64,000 bases of DNA from Flavobacteriales bacterium (GTDB lineage: Bacteria > Bacteroidota > Bacteroidia > NS11-12g > UBA955): assembly GCA_002737705.1 (NCBI GenBank), contig NSIM01000008.1, forward strand, positions 606 to 64,605, written 5' to 3'. Every line of letters begins with the position of its first letter. The first letter of the stretch is position 1. Below are positions 1-11,001 of the stretch, in pieces. A program made the position numbers and the translations under genes. The notes beneath the pieces were generated by a model. It worked only from the letters and a program-made list of their open reading frames with translations, did no database searches and was not told the DNA's origin.

Positions 1-2181
1 GTTTCCTTCGGGTAAGTCACCAATATAAGAGGGACGAACCATGTTTTTGGCGGCATACATTCCATCAATTTTGTCATTCACCGATTTCTCCAATTTGTTT
101 TGAAAAATATACAATTCACATTGCTGATCGATGGCTGCATTCATAAAAAATGCCAATAGCATTGGCGCTGGGCCATTAATTGTCATTGAAACCGATGTTT
201 TGGGATCACATAAATTAAAACCACTATACAATTTTTTGGCATCATCGAGGCAACAAATACTTACTCCTGCATTGCCAATTTTACCATAAATATCAGGCCG
301 AATATGTGGATCTCGACCGTAAAGCGTAACACTATCAAAGGCAGTGCTCAATCGTTTTGCCGGCATTCCCAAACTCACATAATGGAATCGTTTATTTGTT
401 CTCTCTGGTCCGCCTTCTCCGGCAAACATCCGAGTGGGGTCTTCTCCCTCGCGCTTAAATGGATAAATACCCGCAGTGTATGGAAATTCTCCCGGAACGT
501 TCTCCTGTAATTGCCAATGCAATACATCTCCCCAAGCTTCAAACCGAGGGGTGCTAATTTTAGGCACCTGGGTATGGCTTAAACTTTCCGTATGGGTAGC
601 CAATAAAAGTTTCTTGTCTCGCACCGTAAATACATATTCAGGTGCTTTGTACAAATCGCGTAATTTGCCCCATCCATCAATTAATGCTTTGTTCTTTGGG
701 GTTAATTCCATGGCTACTTTGTCAAATTCTGTCTGCAACAGCTTTTGTAAATCAGATACAGCGCCCAGGGTTTTGACGTGTTCAAGGGTTTCACTGAGAG
801 CGTACATTCGTTGGGCGATACCCCTTTGTTCTCGGGCATGCGCATCATATTTTCGATTGTTTTCTGAAATTTCACTCAAATACCGGTTGCGGTGCGGTGG
901 AATAATAAAAATCTTTTCACTCATTTCATTTTCAGAAGACATAAGGCTCGAAAAATCGGCACCGGTTTTTGCTACGACAATATCGATGATTTTTCGGTAT
1001 AAACTATTCATGCCTGGGTCGTTAAACTGGGACGCTATTGTACCAAAAACAGGCATCGCATCCATGTCAACATCAAATAATTTATGATTCCTTTGAAATT
1101 GTTTCCGTACATCACGCAAAGCATCAAGTGCGCCTCTTTTATCGAATTTATTCAAGGCCACAACATCTGCAAAATCGAGCATATCAATTTTTTCGAGTTG
1201 CGTTGCCGCGCCATATTCAGGGGTCATTACATACAACGCGACATCACTGTGTTCAGTAATCATCGTATCACTTTGTCCGATTCCGCTGGTTTCTACCACA
1301 ATTAAATCATAGCCTGCAATTTTGAGAATATCCACCGCGTCATCTATATGCGAACTCAATGCAAGATTGGCTTGTCTTGTCGCCATAGAACGCATGTAAA
1401 CTCGCTCGTGATTGATACTATTCATGCGTATTCGATCTCCAAGAAGGGCTCCACCTGTTTTTCTTTTTGAGGGATCTATAGAGATTATTCCCAATTTTTT
1501 TGCTGGGAAATCAACCAGAAACCTCCGCACCAACTCGTCAACCAAACTACTCTTACCCGATCCACCAGTACCCGTTATACCCAAAACAGGTGTTTTTAAA
1601 ATCGCTGCCTTGGTTCTAATCTCGGCTAGGATAAGTGCATGTTCTTCTGGAAAATTTTCGGCTGCCGAAATTAAACGGGCAATCGTTAATTTCGTTCCAA
1701 TACCCAATGTGAGTTGTTTAAATTCACCGTTCAATGCTTTCCCAGTTGCAAAATCAGACTGCATAACAAGATCATTGATCATGCCTTGCAAACCCATAGA
1801 TCTGCCATCGTCAGGGGAATAAATTTTAGCAATACCATATTGAACAAGACTCTGTATTTCTGCAGGTAAAATCACACCCCCACCCCCACCAAAAATTTTG
1901 ATGTGTTGGGCGCCACGCTCTTTCAATAAGTCATACATATACTTAAAGTATTCGGTATGACCACCTTGGTAACTTGTCATGGCGATTGCATTGGCGTCTT
2001 CCTGTATAGCAGTTTCAACAACTTCTTGTGCACTGCGATCATGACCCAAGTGAATAACCTCACAACCGGTTGATTGAATAATACGGCGCATTACGTTAAT
2101 GGCGACGTCGTGACCATCAAACAAACTGGCGGCGGTAACCACCCTAACTTTGTTCTTTGGCACATACACTGTCGTTTCCAT
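1..2181 (-). CDS. icmF: Fused isobutyryl-CoA mutase (B12-binding + MeaB-like GTPase + mutase); 3' part runs off the window
   Basis: Not in the ORF track. Manual translation from the ATG at 2181 gives [50 protein letters not shown], then the P-loop [12 protein letters not shown] and mutase motifs ([25 protein letters not shown]). Confidence 0.93.
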   Translation of the reverse strand, partial: METTVYVPKNKVRVVTAASLFDGHDVAINVMRRIIQSTGCEVIHLGHDRSAQEVVETAIQEDANAIAMTSYQGGHTEYFKYMYDLLKERGAQHIKIFGGGGGVILPAEIQSLVQYGIAKIYSPDDGRSMGLQGMINDLVMQSDFATGKALNGEFKQLTLGIGTKLTIARLISAAENFPEEHALILAEIRTKAAILKTPVLGITGTGGSGKSSLVDELVRRFLVDFPAKKLGIISIDPSKRKTGGALLGDRIRMNSINHERVYMRSMATRQANLALSSHIDDAVDILKIAGYDLIVVETSGIGQSDTMITEHSDVALYVMTPEYGAATQLEKIDMLDFADVVALNKFDKRGALDALRDVRKQFQRNHKLFDVDMDAMPVFGTIASQFNDPGMNSLYRKIIDIVVAKTGADFSSLMSSENEMSEKIFIIPPHRNRYLSEISENNRKYDAHAREQRGIAQRMYALSETLEHVKTLGAVSDLQKLLQTEFDKVAMELTPKNKALIDGWGKLRDLYKAPEYVFTVRDKKLLLATHTESLSHTQVPKISTPRFEAWGDVLHWQLQENVPGEFPYTAGIYPFKREGEDPTRMFAGEGGPERTNKRFHYVSLGMPAKRLSTAFDSVTLYGRDPHIRPDIYGKIGNAGVSICCLDDAKKLYSGFNLCDPKTSVSMTINGPAPMLLAFFMNAAIDQQCELYIFQNKLEKSVNDKIDGMYAAKNMVRPSYIGDLPEGN

Positions 2182-2199
2182 AGATGAATAATTATGTTA

Positions 2200-2207
2200 C
2201 AAAGGTA
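2200..2207 (-). promoter_or_regulatory. Bacteroidota sigma-ABfr -7 box (TACCTTTG) for icmF
   Basis: Exact TAnnTTTG match 19 nt upstream of the ATG. Confidence 0.6.
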
Positions 2208-2422
2208 ATTGATGTTGCGCAAACACCACCTTCTAAGTAAAAACGCCCCCTAATTTTTGTTGAACCGGGAGGGTGAAATACCTGCGAGGCAATTTAATAG
2301 AATCAAGCCAAGAAAAGAAAAAATCAAATACGGAACCCAAGATTCTCCACTTAATACGTTTACAACCTTGTCAATAGTGGGGGTATTTACCACAAATGGT
2401 GTTGAACAACTTACAATTCCCC

Positions 2423-3106
2423 ATGAAAAATACCCGCTATCTACTTTCTTTGGCAATCACTTTCTTTTCAATGGCGGGCTGCGAGCAAAATAAAAATATC
2501 CCTTACAGCAGCGAAGAAAAAATAGACAATCTCCTGCATCAAGCTGAAACTGAAAGTATCGCTATACTTCCCATAATCACCCTTAGCGAGCCGGAAATAT
2601 CTGTAGAAAATTTGTCTTTGAGTGCAGACTATCTTGTGAAAGAAGAAAATTTTACGGGACGTATTTCTTATGATTTAAGCGATGAATGGGATGCTGAATG
2701 TGTAGAGCAAATCATTGAAAACAAGGGTTTTACTTGTTGCCTAAAAAAACTTAAAATCACGAAAAATCAATATGAAGAATTATGCGCAACAATGAGAATC
2801 TATCATTCAAATCAAATTCCATTATTGAAAAATGAATTTGAATCACTACAATCTTTAAATGATTCTACCTCGGCGAAAATTCAATCCGCCATTGATTCTA
2901 TGCAAGCAAAAGCATACACCAAGGACCAATTTCTGAACGCCATAGATCAACTACGTAAAACCTATAAAGAACAATTGATCACACAAAGAATTGCATCGAA
3001 AAATCTATCCCGATTGTCTATTCAGTACAGAAACATACTCAATAAAATTAGGAGCATCTTGGATGAAAAACAATTTTCTTCATTTTACCGCTGTCACAAA
3101 AAATAA
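2423..3106 (+). CDS. Hypothetical helical lipoprotein
   Basis: The ATG at 2423 gives MKNTRYLLSLAITFFSMAGC (lipobox). No family recognised. Confidence 0.7.
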   Translation: MKNTRYLLSLAITFFSMAGCEQNKNIPYSSEEKIDNLLHQAETESIAILPIITLSEPEISVENLSLSADYLVKEENFTGRISYDLSDEWDAECVEQIIENKGFTCCLKKLKITKNQYEELCATMRIYHSNQIPLLKNEFESLQSLNDSTSAKIQSAIDSMQAKAYTKDQFLNAIDQLRKTYKEQLITQRIASKNLSRLSIQYRNILNKIRSILDEKQFSSFYRCHKK

Positions 3107-3365
3107 AGACGCGGCGATGAAATTGGTGAGTGCAGCCATATTGCGGGCGAGGGGGTTGGGACAGGATATGTGGAGGATGCGGCCGAATTGAATCCACGTG
3201 AATTACTCAAAAAATTGGCCGGGTTTGAAGATTTTTACGTTTTCGCGGACCATTCGAGACCCTGGGCATACAAGAACAATGCTTCTGTGAATGCTATTGC
3301 AACGATGCAATATCGGTCGTAAACGGATTTTTTATAAAAGAAGAAACCCTGGAATGCCACCCTTG

Positions 3366-6300
3366 CTATTGAACAACAATACGAGAAAGAATCTCCCTGC
3401 CAGAACTCTGTATTTTGACCCAATAAATCCCTGCAGAAATATCAAGCAGATTAAATTCTATGAGTCCGTCCGCTGCGCTCTGAGACAATTTTTCAGAACT
3501 TATACCCAATAAATCTGTTTTCTGAAAACTTGAAAAACTGGGCAATAAACCCAACTCTTTGCCCAATGCATCATAAATTTTTGCACTTGCATTTTGCAAA
3601 TTTGGATTCAAAACAATATGCAAAATACCGTTCACAGGATTGGGGAAAACCCGAACATCACTGTTTATTGTTGCATTCACTGACGCTCTATCCATGATAA
3701 ATTGCTTGCTGACGCTGCATTCACAATTTGAAATCACCGAAACGGCCTTCATGGATACCGTATATAAACCATCAATTTGTAGATCATAATTAACCTCCGC
3801 ATTAAGATCTTTTGAATTTTTAATACCCAAGCCAGATACAGTCCACGTATAATTTATACCCGCTTGACCACCCAAAATGCTATTTTCATCCAAAGGCGCC
3901 AAACGCAAGCCATAAAAAGCAAATTGATAATCGGGTATTGCAGTAAAATTGCACGTTTTGGGTAATTCCATTACACTTACTGATTTGGTAATTGAATCTG
4001 AACATCCGTCTTTTAAATACGCATACAAGGTCACATTAAAATTGGTTGTTTTCTTTACAATATAGGATTTTTGTGGATTGGCAACTGTCGATTGAGAATT
4101 GTCGCTAAAGTCCCAACGATATGTCAAATTGATGCCTTCCGGAACGCTTTCATTTTTAAAAGCTGCCAATTCTCCAGAACAAGGGTTGCCAACCGAAAAA
4201 GCCGCTGTGGGTTGCAACAATACATTCAACTCCCTTTGGGTTTCAGAAAAACACCCATTGTCTAATTTTACGTTAAGTAGAACTGTCTTTTTTCCAGTTG
4301 TTGTCCAATTGTGACTTGGAGACTTGGAAGATGCACTACCTCCATCTCCAAAATCCCAAGTGTAAGTTGGAATACCCCCTTTTACATCGGGTGTAACATT
4401 AACAAATACTGTGGCCTTTCTAATGCATGGACTACTGTGTGAAAATTCTACTTTGGGTGATTCAAATACGGTGTATTTGTTAATCACTGAGTCTTTACAG
4501 CCAAATTCTGACCGCACAACCAAGGTAACTGTTTTAGTACCCGCCTTGCGAAATATATAGCTAGGATTGACATCATTGCTGGTACTATCTCTGTTGTCGA
4601 AATACCAATTACTGCCAACTAAACCCACAGAAATGGTGCTGTTGTTTTGAAATTCAAAGGCCACATTGTCACAACGTCCCGACAACTTGATAAAAGCAGC
4701 CTTGGGTTTTTCAAAAACAATGGTTTTTTGCATCAACGTCGCATCACATCCCAAAACATCTGCTTTCAACACAATCAGATATGTGCCTTCCTTTGGGTAT
4801 TTGACACTAATTGTATTTGAATTATTGAGATTAAACCCATTGCCATCACCAAAATTCCAATACATTTTGGCATAGCTCGGAGTGGTTTTGTTGGTAAGTA
4901 AAACATCCGACCCAAAACAAACATTTTGACGGGTAAACCCAACTTTGGGAATCTCGCTTACTGTAATGCTATTCGTCTTAGGAAATACAAATCCATAGGG
5001 ATTGATGGTATTTCTCAGTTTAACCTTAAAAATTCCTGGTTTTAGGTATACGAAGTTCGCATCAATTTGAATAGAGGTATCTGCTGAGTTCCCAGTACCA
5101 AAATCCCAAAAGGTTTCTATATACGGCAATTTGCTCTTGCTTTTATTGATGAATTGAATCGTATCGCCTACACAAATTTTAGATGGATAAGAAAAATCTG
5201 TCGTAACACTAGGGTAAATCAGTACCTTTTGATAGATCAATGTATCACAACCATTGCCCATGTCTGAAATCTTCAATACCAAGGTAATTACGCTATCTTC
5301 ATAATTGTCATCGGCAGTTTTAAACTGCACTTCCAAATTGGTTTTACCAGAAGGGGCTGTAATTGTAGCACCAGAAACCGTTTTTCCTGATGACAAATAA
5401 CCCTGTGCACTGGCATACCATTTACCCGGTGACGAAGTTCCATACTCGCTGTTGGTATAGGCACGGGGTGGATTTATGTCATATATAACCGGCACATTTA
5501 TAACGGTGATATCCAAATTCTTTCCTTTCTGGTAATAAGGATTATTCCCTGTAGATGTTTTGGTTGAGATTGAAAAAACACTGCCCCCTGGAGCTGGCTT
5601 CACAAAGGTTTTAAAGATCAGGGTGTCATTGGTATTGTTATCATCTGGGATATCGATAAAAATCTTTACCACCGTATTGCCCGTTTTGGAAAGCACTATG
5701 GGTTTATTGAAAAATATAATCGCAGTATCCCCGGGGAATATTTTGGTAGTTACGGTCTGTTTTGTTTTAACACCATTGACCGTAAAGGCTACATCAAAAT
5801 TTTGTACAGTATCAATAAAATTATTTTTAATCGTGAGGCTTACTTTAGAAGTAAAACCCGAACAAATCTGGCTAGCCAAAGAATAATTTGTTCTGACAAC
5901 GGACAAGTCAAGCGAATTTTCGACAGCGCCCCTATCGGATTTTACAGGATGCCTTTTCTGCTTGAGCACATCGCTAGAAACAGATGAAACCGACGGAACA
6001 TTATTTTGCGTCTTAAAAGATTGAGAACGAAAATCATTTTTTGCGATGTCCTTGAATCTGGGAATTAGAAAATTATCGCCAGTGCCTGGAATACCCGAAG
6101 CTTTATAATCGGCATAGGAAGAGTATGCATTTTGTTCTATCCCCCATTGTTCTCCTCCACTGAATCTGGCATAATAAGAATTGTTGTTCAGTTCCTTGAT
6201 TTTAATACTGGAAAAAAGGCAAACAGGAAAACCGAATGCCGGACCCTTAATATCCAAAATATTGCCTGTAAAAGTGAGTGTAGACTCATCTTCCATATAG

Positions 6301-7856
6301 TAACCAAATCCAGTATGTCCAGAGTTTGAAGAGCCCCTTGCATAAATCGTGTTCTGACGGTATTCAGCTTTAAATCCAGAATAGTAATTGATATTATACA
6401 AGCCGTAGCTTTCTGCCTCACCGAGATTCTTAATAATTAAATTGGAATTGCATTCAACATCTCCTAATGATTCTAAATAAATACCAATCAAATAAGAATT
6501 TGAACTCAGCGATTCATTGAATAGGATTGTATTGCGATTGATTTTGCAATTTCCTCCATTGGTGATGAAAATAAGTCGAACTCCTTTGCCGGATGTGGCA
6601 GTATTTGAATCCAAGACATTGTCTTCACAAATATTCCAAGACCGGGAAGAATTTGTTGTTGTTGAAATCAAAAATCCCATACCTCCTTGCCCAAAAATAC
6701 AGGAACGAAAAAGATTTCCTGTAACATCAAAATCGACGTTTTTATAGGCATTCAATCCATACGCATCGGAAGAATTTTCTACATTTAGTTGTAGCATTTT
6801 ATTTTTAGAAAAATTAACTACTTCATTCAATTGCAAATCAAAAGCAGAAAGACTATTGTATGCTGCAATTTTTGAGACTGTATTTCCGTCTAATATAAAC
6901 GGCATTTTGCTGGTACCCGTATTATTCAATGCGACGCAACCATAAAATTTGGAAATAAAGTTTGTTTTGCTGCTAGATGCTGCAAGGGCATAGGGCAAAT
7001 CATGAATAACATTTCCGCTAAAGATCGAAGACCTGTCTGTGCCGTATGAATAATTACAATACATACCCGTCATAATTGAATCACAACTGGCACCACTACC
7101 TACAACAGAACGTGATACATCGTTGTTGGTGTATTGATCGCCATTGGTATACTTGGAATAAAGACCATACGAATAAAAGTTTTTGATGGTATTTTTAGAG
7201 AAGGTATTGTCTGTGGCAGTATTTTTGTAAGTGGCACTTCCCTGGGTATTTAATATACCATATACGGGGCCAGGACTATTCTTGTAACTGGTAAGCATAA
7301 CCGTATTTTGTATGGTATTGCGTATGCCATTGTTTGAAGTAGATACGGTATTGATGCTACTTTGGTTTGATGCAAACGCAATATAAGCGGCACCTGTAGA
7401 TTTTAACCCGGAAAATTCTATCGTACAGTCTGAAATACTATTGTCATTTGCGCCATTAGAAAAACGAATCCCCATCACACCCGAACTAGCAGAAGAATTA
7501 ATGAGGGTCAGATTTTTTATCTCGAGGAAATCTATACCATCAAACCAAATGAGTTCATAAGACAAACTACCCGTCAATGTCTTTCCATTGCCATCAATGG
7601 TAATTTTTTTAGATGAAGAGGTAGGATTACTAGAATTCTGTGAAAACTGAATCAATGCGGATATACTCAGGTTGGACATGGCCTTCACGGAAACATTGCC
7701 AGAAACCCCATTGTTGGCAACAGCGGATGCAAAATCAGCCCAACTTGCATAATTTCCTGCTCCAGAGGTTCCGCCAATCGTATAATTACCGCTTAGTTGT
7801 GCGAATGAAAACTGCGAAATACCTATAAAGCTGAAATAAAATATTAATCTAAACAT
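3366..7856 (-). CDS. Large T9SS type-A cargo protein: beta-helix-like N-terminus, CARDB-like domain, multiple PKD domains
   Basis: Signal peptide, Asn-rich repeats, repeated WDFGDG PKD motifs, and C-terminal VRVFPNPV...GIYWVKI...RIVVQ sorting domain. Confidence 0.88.
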   Translation of the reverse strand: MFRLIFYFSFIGISQFSFAQLSGNYTIGGTSGAGNYASWADFASAVANNGVSGNVSVKAMSNLSISALIQFSQNSSNPTSSSKKITIDGNGKTLTGSLSYELIWFDGIDFLEIKNLTLINSSASSGVMGIRFSNGANDNSISDCTIEFSGLKSTGAAYIAFASNQSSINTVSTSNNGIRNTIQNTVMLTSYKNSPGPVYGILNTQGSATYKNTATDNTFSKNTIKNFYSYGLYSKYTNGDQYTNNDVSRSVVGSGASCDSIMTGMYCNYSYGTDRSSIFSGNVIHDLPYALAASSSKTNFISKFYGCVALNNTGTSKMPFILDGNTVSKIAAYNSLSAFDLQLNEVVNFSKNKMLQLNVENSSDAYGLNAYKNVDFDVTGNLFRSCIFGQGGMGFLISTTTNSSRSWNICEDNVLDSNTATSGKGVRLIFITNGGNCKINRNTILFNESLSSNSYLIGIYLESLGDVECNSNLIIKNLGEAESYGLYNINYYSGFKAEYRQNTIYARGSSNSGHTGFGYYMEDESTLTFTGNILDIKGPAFGFPVCLFSSIKIKELNNNSYYARFSGGEQWGIEQNAYSSYADYKASGIPGTGDNFLIPRFKDIAKNDFRSQSFKTQNNVPSVSSVSSDVLKQKRHPVKSDRGAVENSLDLSVVRTNYSLASQICSGFTSKVSLTIKNNFIDTVQNFDVAFTVNGVKTKQTVTTKIFPGDTAIIFFNKPIVLSKTGNTVVKIFIDIPDDNNTNDTLIFKTFVKPAPGGSVFSISTKTSTGNNPYYQKGKNLDITVINVPVIYDINPPRAYTNSEYGTSSPGKWYASAQGYLSSGKTVSGATITAPSGKTNLEVQFKTADDNYEDSVITLVLKISDMGNGCDTLIYQKVLIYPSVTTDFSYPSKICVGDTIQFINKSKSKLPYIETFWDFGTGNSADTSIQIDANFVYLKPGIFKVKLRNTINPYGFVFPKTNSITVSEIPKVGFTRQNVCFGSDVLLTNKTTPSYAKMYWNFGDGNGFNLNNSNTISVKYPKEGTYLIVLKADVLGCDATLMQKTIVFEKPKAAFIKLSGRCDNVAFEFQNNSTISVGLVGSNWYFDNRDSTSNDVNPSYIFRKAGTKTVTLVVRSEFGCKDSVINKYTVFESPKVEFSHSSPCIRKATVFVNVTPDVKGGIPTYTWDFGDGGSASSKSPSHNWTTTGKKTVLLNVKLDNGCFSETQRELNVLLQPTAAFSVGNPCSGELAAFKNESVPEGINLTYRWDFSDNSQSTVANPQKSYIVKKTTNFNVTLYAYLKDGCSDSITKSVSVMELPKTCNFTAIPDYQFAFYGLRLAPLDENSILGGQAGINYTWTVSGLGIKNSKDLNAEVNYDLQIDGLYTVSMKAVSVISNCECSVSKQFIMDRASVNATINSDVRVFPNPVNGILHIVLNPNLQNASAKIYDALGKELGLLPSFSSFQKTDLLGISSEKLSQSAADGLIEFNLLDISAGIYWVKIQSSGREILSRIVVQ

Positions 7857-7943
7857 AGGGGAATTTTATACTCGAACTTACAATTTTTAAATGAATCTTT
7901 GGTAAAAATAAAAAATAAGTGTTTTTGCTGTTGGTTTGCACCT

Positions 7944-8825
7944 ATGTCTGTCGAAAAAACAAAAATTCAACTTTCACCTGCATTTAAGATAGAAACCAAC
8001 CCTTTTTTAGGCATTGAGAGCAAATTGTTTTTTATGGGATCTTGCTTTGGTGAAGAAATTAGCCGTCGATTTCAGCTTCTACAGATTACGAGTAAAAGCA
8101 ACCCTTACGGCGTATTATTTCACCCAATTGCCCTTCTTCAGAACCTGCAACAAATTGCCTTTAACCAAGCCAGCAAAGTCAAAGACCTCTTTGAATACAA
8201 GGGTATTTATCACAGTCTTTCGCATGCCAATCGCTTTCAGCACATGGAATCTGAAACACTGCACTCAATAATTGATGAATGCACAGCCAAAGCGCATTCC
8301 CATTTTATTGCTGCTGACATGGTTTGCATCACCTTGGGAACTGCATGGACTTACCACCACATACCAAGCAAAAAAAACGTCGGGAATTGCCATAAACTGC
8401 CTCAAAAACAATTTCAAAAAAACCTCACTCCCCACCAAAATGTATTAGACACAATCTTGTCAATGGCAGAAACCATTACATCGGCAAATCCGAAGGCACA
8501 AATTCTTTTTACCGTGAGTCCGGTTCGCCACTTACGAGATGGTATTATTCAAAACCTACAATCAAAATCAAAGCTGATTAGCGCATTGCATGAAGCATCT
8601 GTTCTAAACCCGCGAATATTATATTTTCCGGCATACGAAATAGCCCATGAAGAACTCAAAGACTGGCGTTTTTTTAAATACGACCTAATGCACCCCAGTG
8701 AATGGACGATCAACCATATTTTTACACGCTTTTGCGAAACCCTTTGCAAAGAAGCCATGCGGGATGAATTGCGAAACAGGGCGCTTTCAATGGGAGGTGA
8801 TTTACACAGCAAACAATCCCAATAA
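7944..8825 (+). CDS. GSCFA-domain (SGNH-like) protein
   Basis: Motifs FMGSCFG, ITLGTAW, NCHKLP, TVSPVRH, YFPAYE and DLMHP. ATG at 7944 preferred over the TTG at 7899. Confidence 0.9.
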   Translation: MSVEKTKIQLSPAFKIETNPFLGIESKLFFMGSCFGEEISRRFQLLQITSKSNPYGVLFHPIALLQNLQQIAFNQASKVKDLFEYKGIYHSLSHANRFQHMESETLHSIIDECTAKAHSHFIAADMVCITLGTAWTYHHIPSKKNVGNCHKLPQKQFQKNLTPHQNVLDTILSMAETITSANPKAQILFTVSPVRHLRDGIIQNLQSKSKLISALHEASVLNPRILYFPAYEIAHEELKDWRFFKYDLMHPSEWTINHIFTRFCETLCKEAMRDELRNRALSMGGDLHSKQSQ

Positions 8826-9109
8826 GAGGGTTTTTTGTCGTTTAAATTTTGTTTCCTTGGCGTCTGCACGTAAAAAATCCTATCATTTCACACCCAGTAT
8901 ATTTCCTTGGTTAGGGCATTAAAATCGATTCCAAAAAGACAATTCTTTACACAGTTTTTTACCCATCTATTATTGAAGTACTAATTCTTGCGTTAGCCAC
9001 TTGAAACCACCCATCCAAATACTTTCGGTGAGGGAAATTTGCGAATGGACAAGAAAACAAATTTCTCCCTGAGATAAGAAAAGTACCGACCAAATAGGCT
9101 TGGTATATG

Positions 9110-9730
9110 TTAAAAATTTTGGGATTCCAATCGCTCCATCAGAACATCTATTTTTGGAGAAACCCTTTGGTATGCTGGCTCAACCGAAGTGAGCTGTTCA
9201 TTTATAAATGAAGCATCTTCGAGGTTCTTCGTGAGTCGATTGTTTATTTCATCATATTCTTTTTTAAATTGAATGCGTTTTACCTCATCCACTCCATTGT
9301 CATAGGCCCCTTTTTTAACTTGTTTTTCAAGGCCTCGAACAATATAAAATAGATCTTCTGCTTCCAATACGGTATTTGTATAGTTTCCCACAACATCTTT
9401 ATACACCCTGTAAACGGCTTCATATTGAATTACGTCGGCTAGCTCTTCGGAAGAAATATGGTTAGGGTCTATAAATTTTAGTTTCTGCAATACCTGCTTC
9501 ATTTCTGTTTGTCTATCCTCAATCACATTCCGTTTGAAGTGAAAAAGTGCCCGTATTGATTTGTGTTTTTGCCACAATGAATCGCTATACTCGAGCATTC
9601 GGACTTGCGGTTTTCCTTCTCTCGAAGACGAGGAATTGCAAGAAGCCATAAAAAAAAGACTAGTAATGGCCCAAAAACCAAAAAAAATTAGAGATTTGCA
9701 TTGGGTAGAAAATCTTGTATGTCTCAACAT
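9110..9730 (-). CDS. Hypothetical helical lipoprotein
   Basis: Hydrophobic segment ending in lipobox FMASC, then coiled-coil-like sequence. Start uncertain (9730 or 9760). Confidence 0.65.
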   Translation of the reverse strand: MLRHTRFSTQCKSLIFFGFWAITSLFFMASCNSSSSREGKPQVRMLEYSDSLWQKHKSIRALFHFKRNVIEDRQTEMKQVLQKLKFIDPNHISSEELADVIQYEAVYRVYKDVVGNYTNTVLEAEDLFYIVRGLEKQVKKGAYDNGVDEVKRIQFKKEYDEINNRLTKNLEDASFINEQLTSVEPAYQRVSPKIDVLMERLESQNF

Positions 9731-10966
9731 AATATAGCAAATATAAGAAAGGCCAGACATTATAAATTTTTACGTCAGGTCTTTTGGTTGGGCATGACTG
9801 CTTTTGGTGGACCCCAAATGCACCTGAACCTTTTTAAACGCAGATTGGTTGACAAGAACCCCTACTTTAGCTTAGAAACATTGAAAGAGGTGAATGCTTT
9901 TTGCAGTGTTTTGCCCGGACCGACCAGCACCCAAACAATCTCTTTACTCGGATGGAAAAAAGGGGGCCCTAGACTTGCATTTTTTACTTTGCTGGCTTGG
10001 GCTTTGCCAGGAGCAATTACAATGTCAATTATAGCATTGTCTCCCAAATTCTTGGGAACAAAAAACCTTGTATTTATTCAACCAATGGTAGCCGCATTCA
10101 TTGCATATGCCTTAATTTCTATGTTGCCTTGGATCCGAAAATCACTGACAAACTATACCATTCTTGCGTTGGTAGGTCTGTTCGGATTTCTGTTCAATAC
10201 CCCTTTCATTTTTCCAATTGCGTTAATTCTGGGTGGATTTTCTAGTTTTCTCTTTAACAAATACGAATTGTCAGAAATGCAGGTTGTCGAACCAAAAAAA
10301 ATTGAATGGGCCAATTTGATTGTATTTGGATTGATTTTTTTCATTATTGGTGGTGGTGGATTATTTCTCGCAGAAAATCCCCACTACCTTAAACTTTCAG
10401 AACCTTTCGTTTTATTTGAGAACACCTACCGCATCGGGGCTATCAGCTTTGGCGGGGGAAATACCCTGGCTGCAATGAGCTATGAACAATATGTATTGTT
10501 TAAACCTAGACTTAGTCCGCAAGAATTTAATACAGGACTGGGCTTATTACAAGCCCTACCTGGACCAAACTTCAATTTTATGATTTACCTAAATTCCTTG
10601 TCAATAAAAACAAATGGAGGAACGATTTTGTATCAACTTATTGGGTGTCTAATCGGATTTGTTGCGGTGTTTTTACCCGGTATGCTCATGGTGTTTTTTG
10701 CTTATCCGCTCTGGAATAGAATTGAAAATAACCGCAACATTCGATTGTCTTTAGATGGTATTTTTGCAGCCACTGTAGGATTTGTATTTTCGGCTGCCCT
10801 GAATATCAATTCAACTTTCTGGCATACCACAACAAGTCTAACACCCGAAAAAATTATCGGGATAGGGATATTTATTACAACACTAGCATTGTTGTATGTA
10901 AGGCGGATACCAACCCCTTTCATTGTACTATTTGTACTATTCACGGGATACTTATTTTCAAATTAA
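9719..10966 (+). CDS. chrA: Long-chain CHR-family chromate/oxyanion transporter
   Basis: Two homologous halves carrying TAFGGP...LPGPTS and SFGGG...LPGPNF. Confidence 0.9.
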   Translation: MSQHNIANIRKARHYKFLRQVFWLGMTAFGGPQMHLNLFKRRLVDKNPYFSLETLKEVNAFCSVLPGPTSTQTISLLGWKKGGPRLAFFTLLAWALPGAITMSIIALSPKFLGTKNLVFIQPMVAAFIAYALISMLPWIRKSLTNYTILALVGLFGFLFNTPFIFPIALILGGFSSFLFNKYELSEMQVVEPKKIEWANLIVFGLIFFIIGGGGLFLAENPHYLKLSEPFVLFENTYRIGAISFGGGNTLAAMSYEQYVLFKPRLSPQEFNTGLGLLQALPGPNFNFMIYLNSLSIKTNGGTILYQLIGCLIGFVAVFLPGMLMVFFAYPLWNRIENNRNIRLSLDGIFAATVGFVFSAALNINSTFWHTTTSLTPEKIIGIGIFITTLALLYVRRIPTPFIVLFVLFTGYLFSN

Positions 10967-10988
10967 CCCGCCAACTATCTTTTTTATT

Positions 10989-10996
10989 TACCTTTG
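10989..10996 (+). promoter_or_regulatory. -7 box (TACCTTTG)
   Basis: TAnnTTTG just upstream of the ATG at 11002. Confidence 0.5.
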
Positions 10997-11001
10997 AAAC
11001 C

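Noticed and set aside
304-1822. Plus-strand ORFs (up to 203 aa) in the first 2 kb
   Set aside because: They are antisense shadows of icmF, which occupies 1-2181 on the minus strand.
2255-2310. Possible cobalamin riboswitch near icmF (GGGAGGGTGAAAT)
   Set aside because: Wrong strand, upstream of icmF's -7 box, and no B12-box core is recognisable.
9028-9086. Hairpin AGGGAAATTTG...CAAATTTCTCCCT between convergent genes
   Set aside because: Bulged stem, long loop and no clear U-tract; too weak to call as a terminator or ncRNA.
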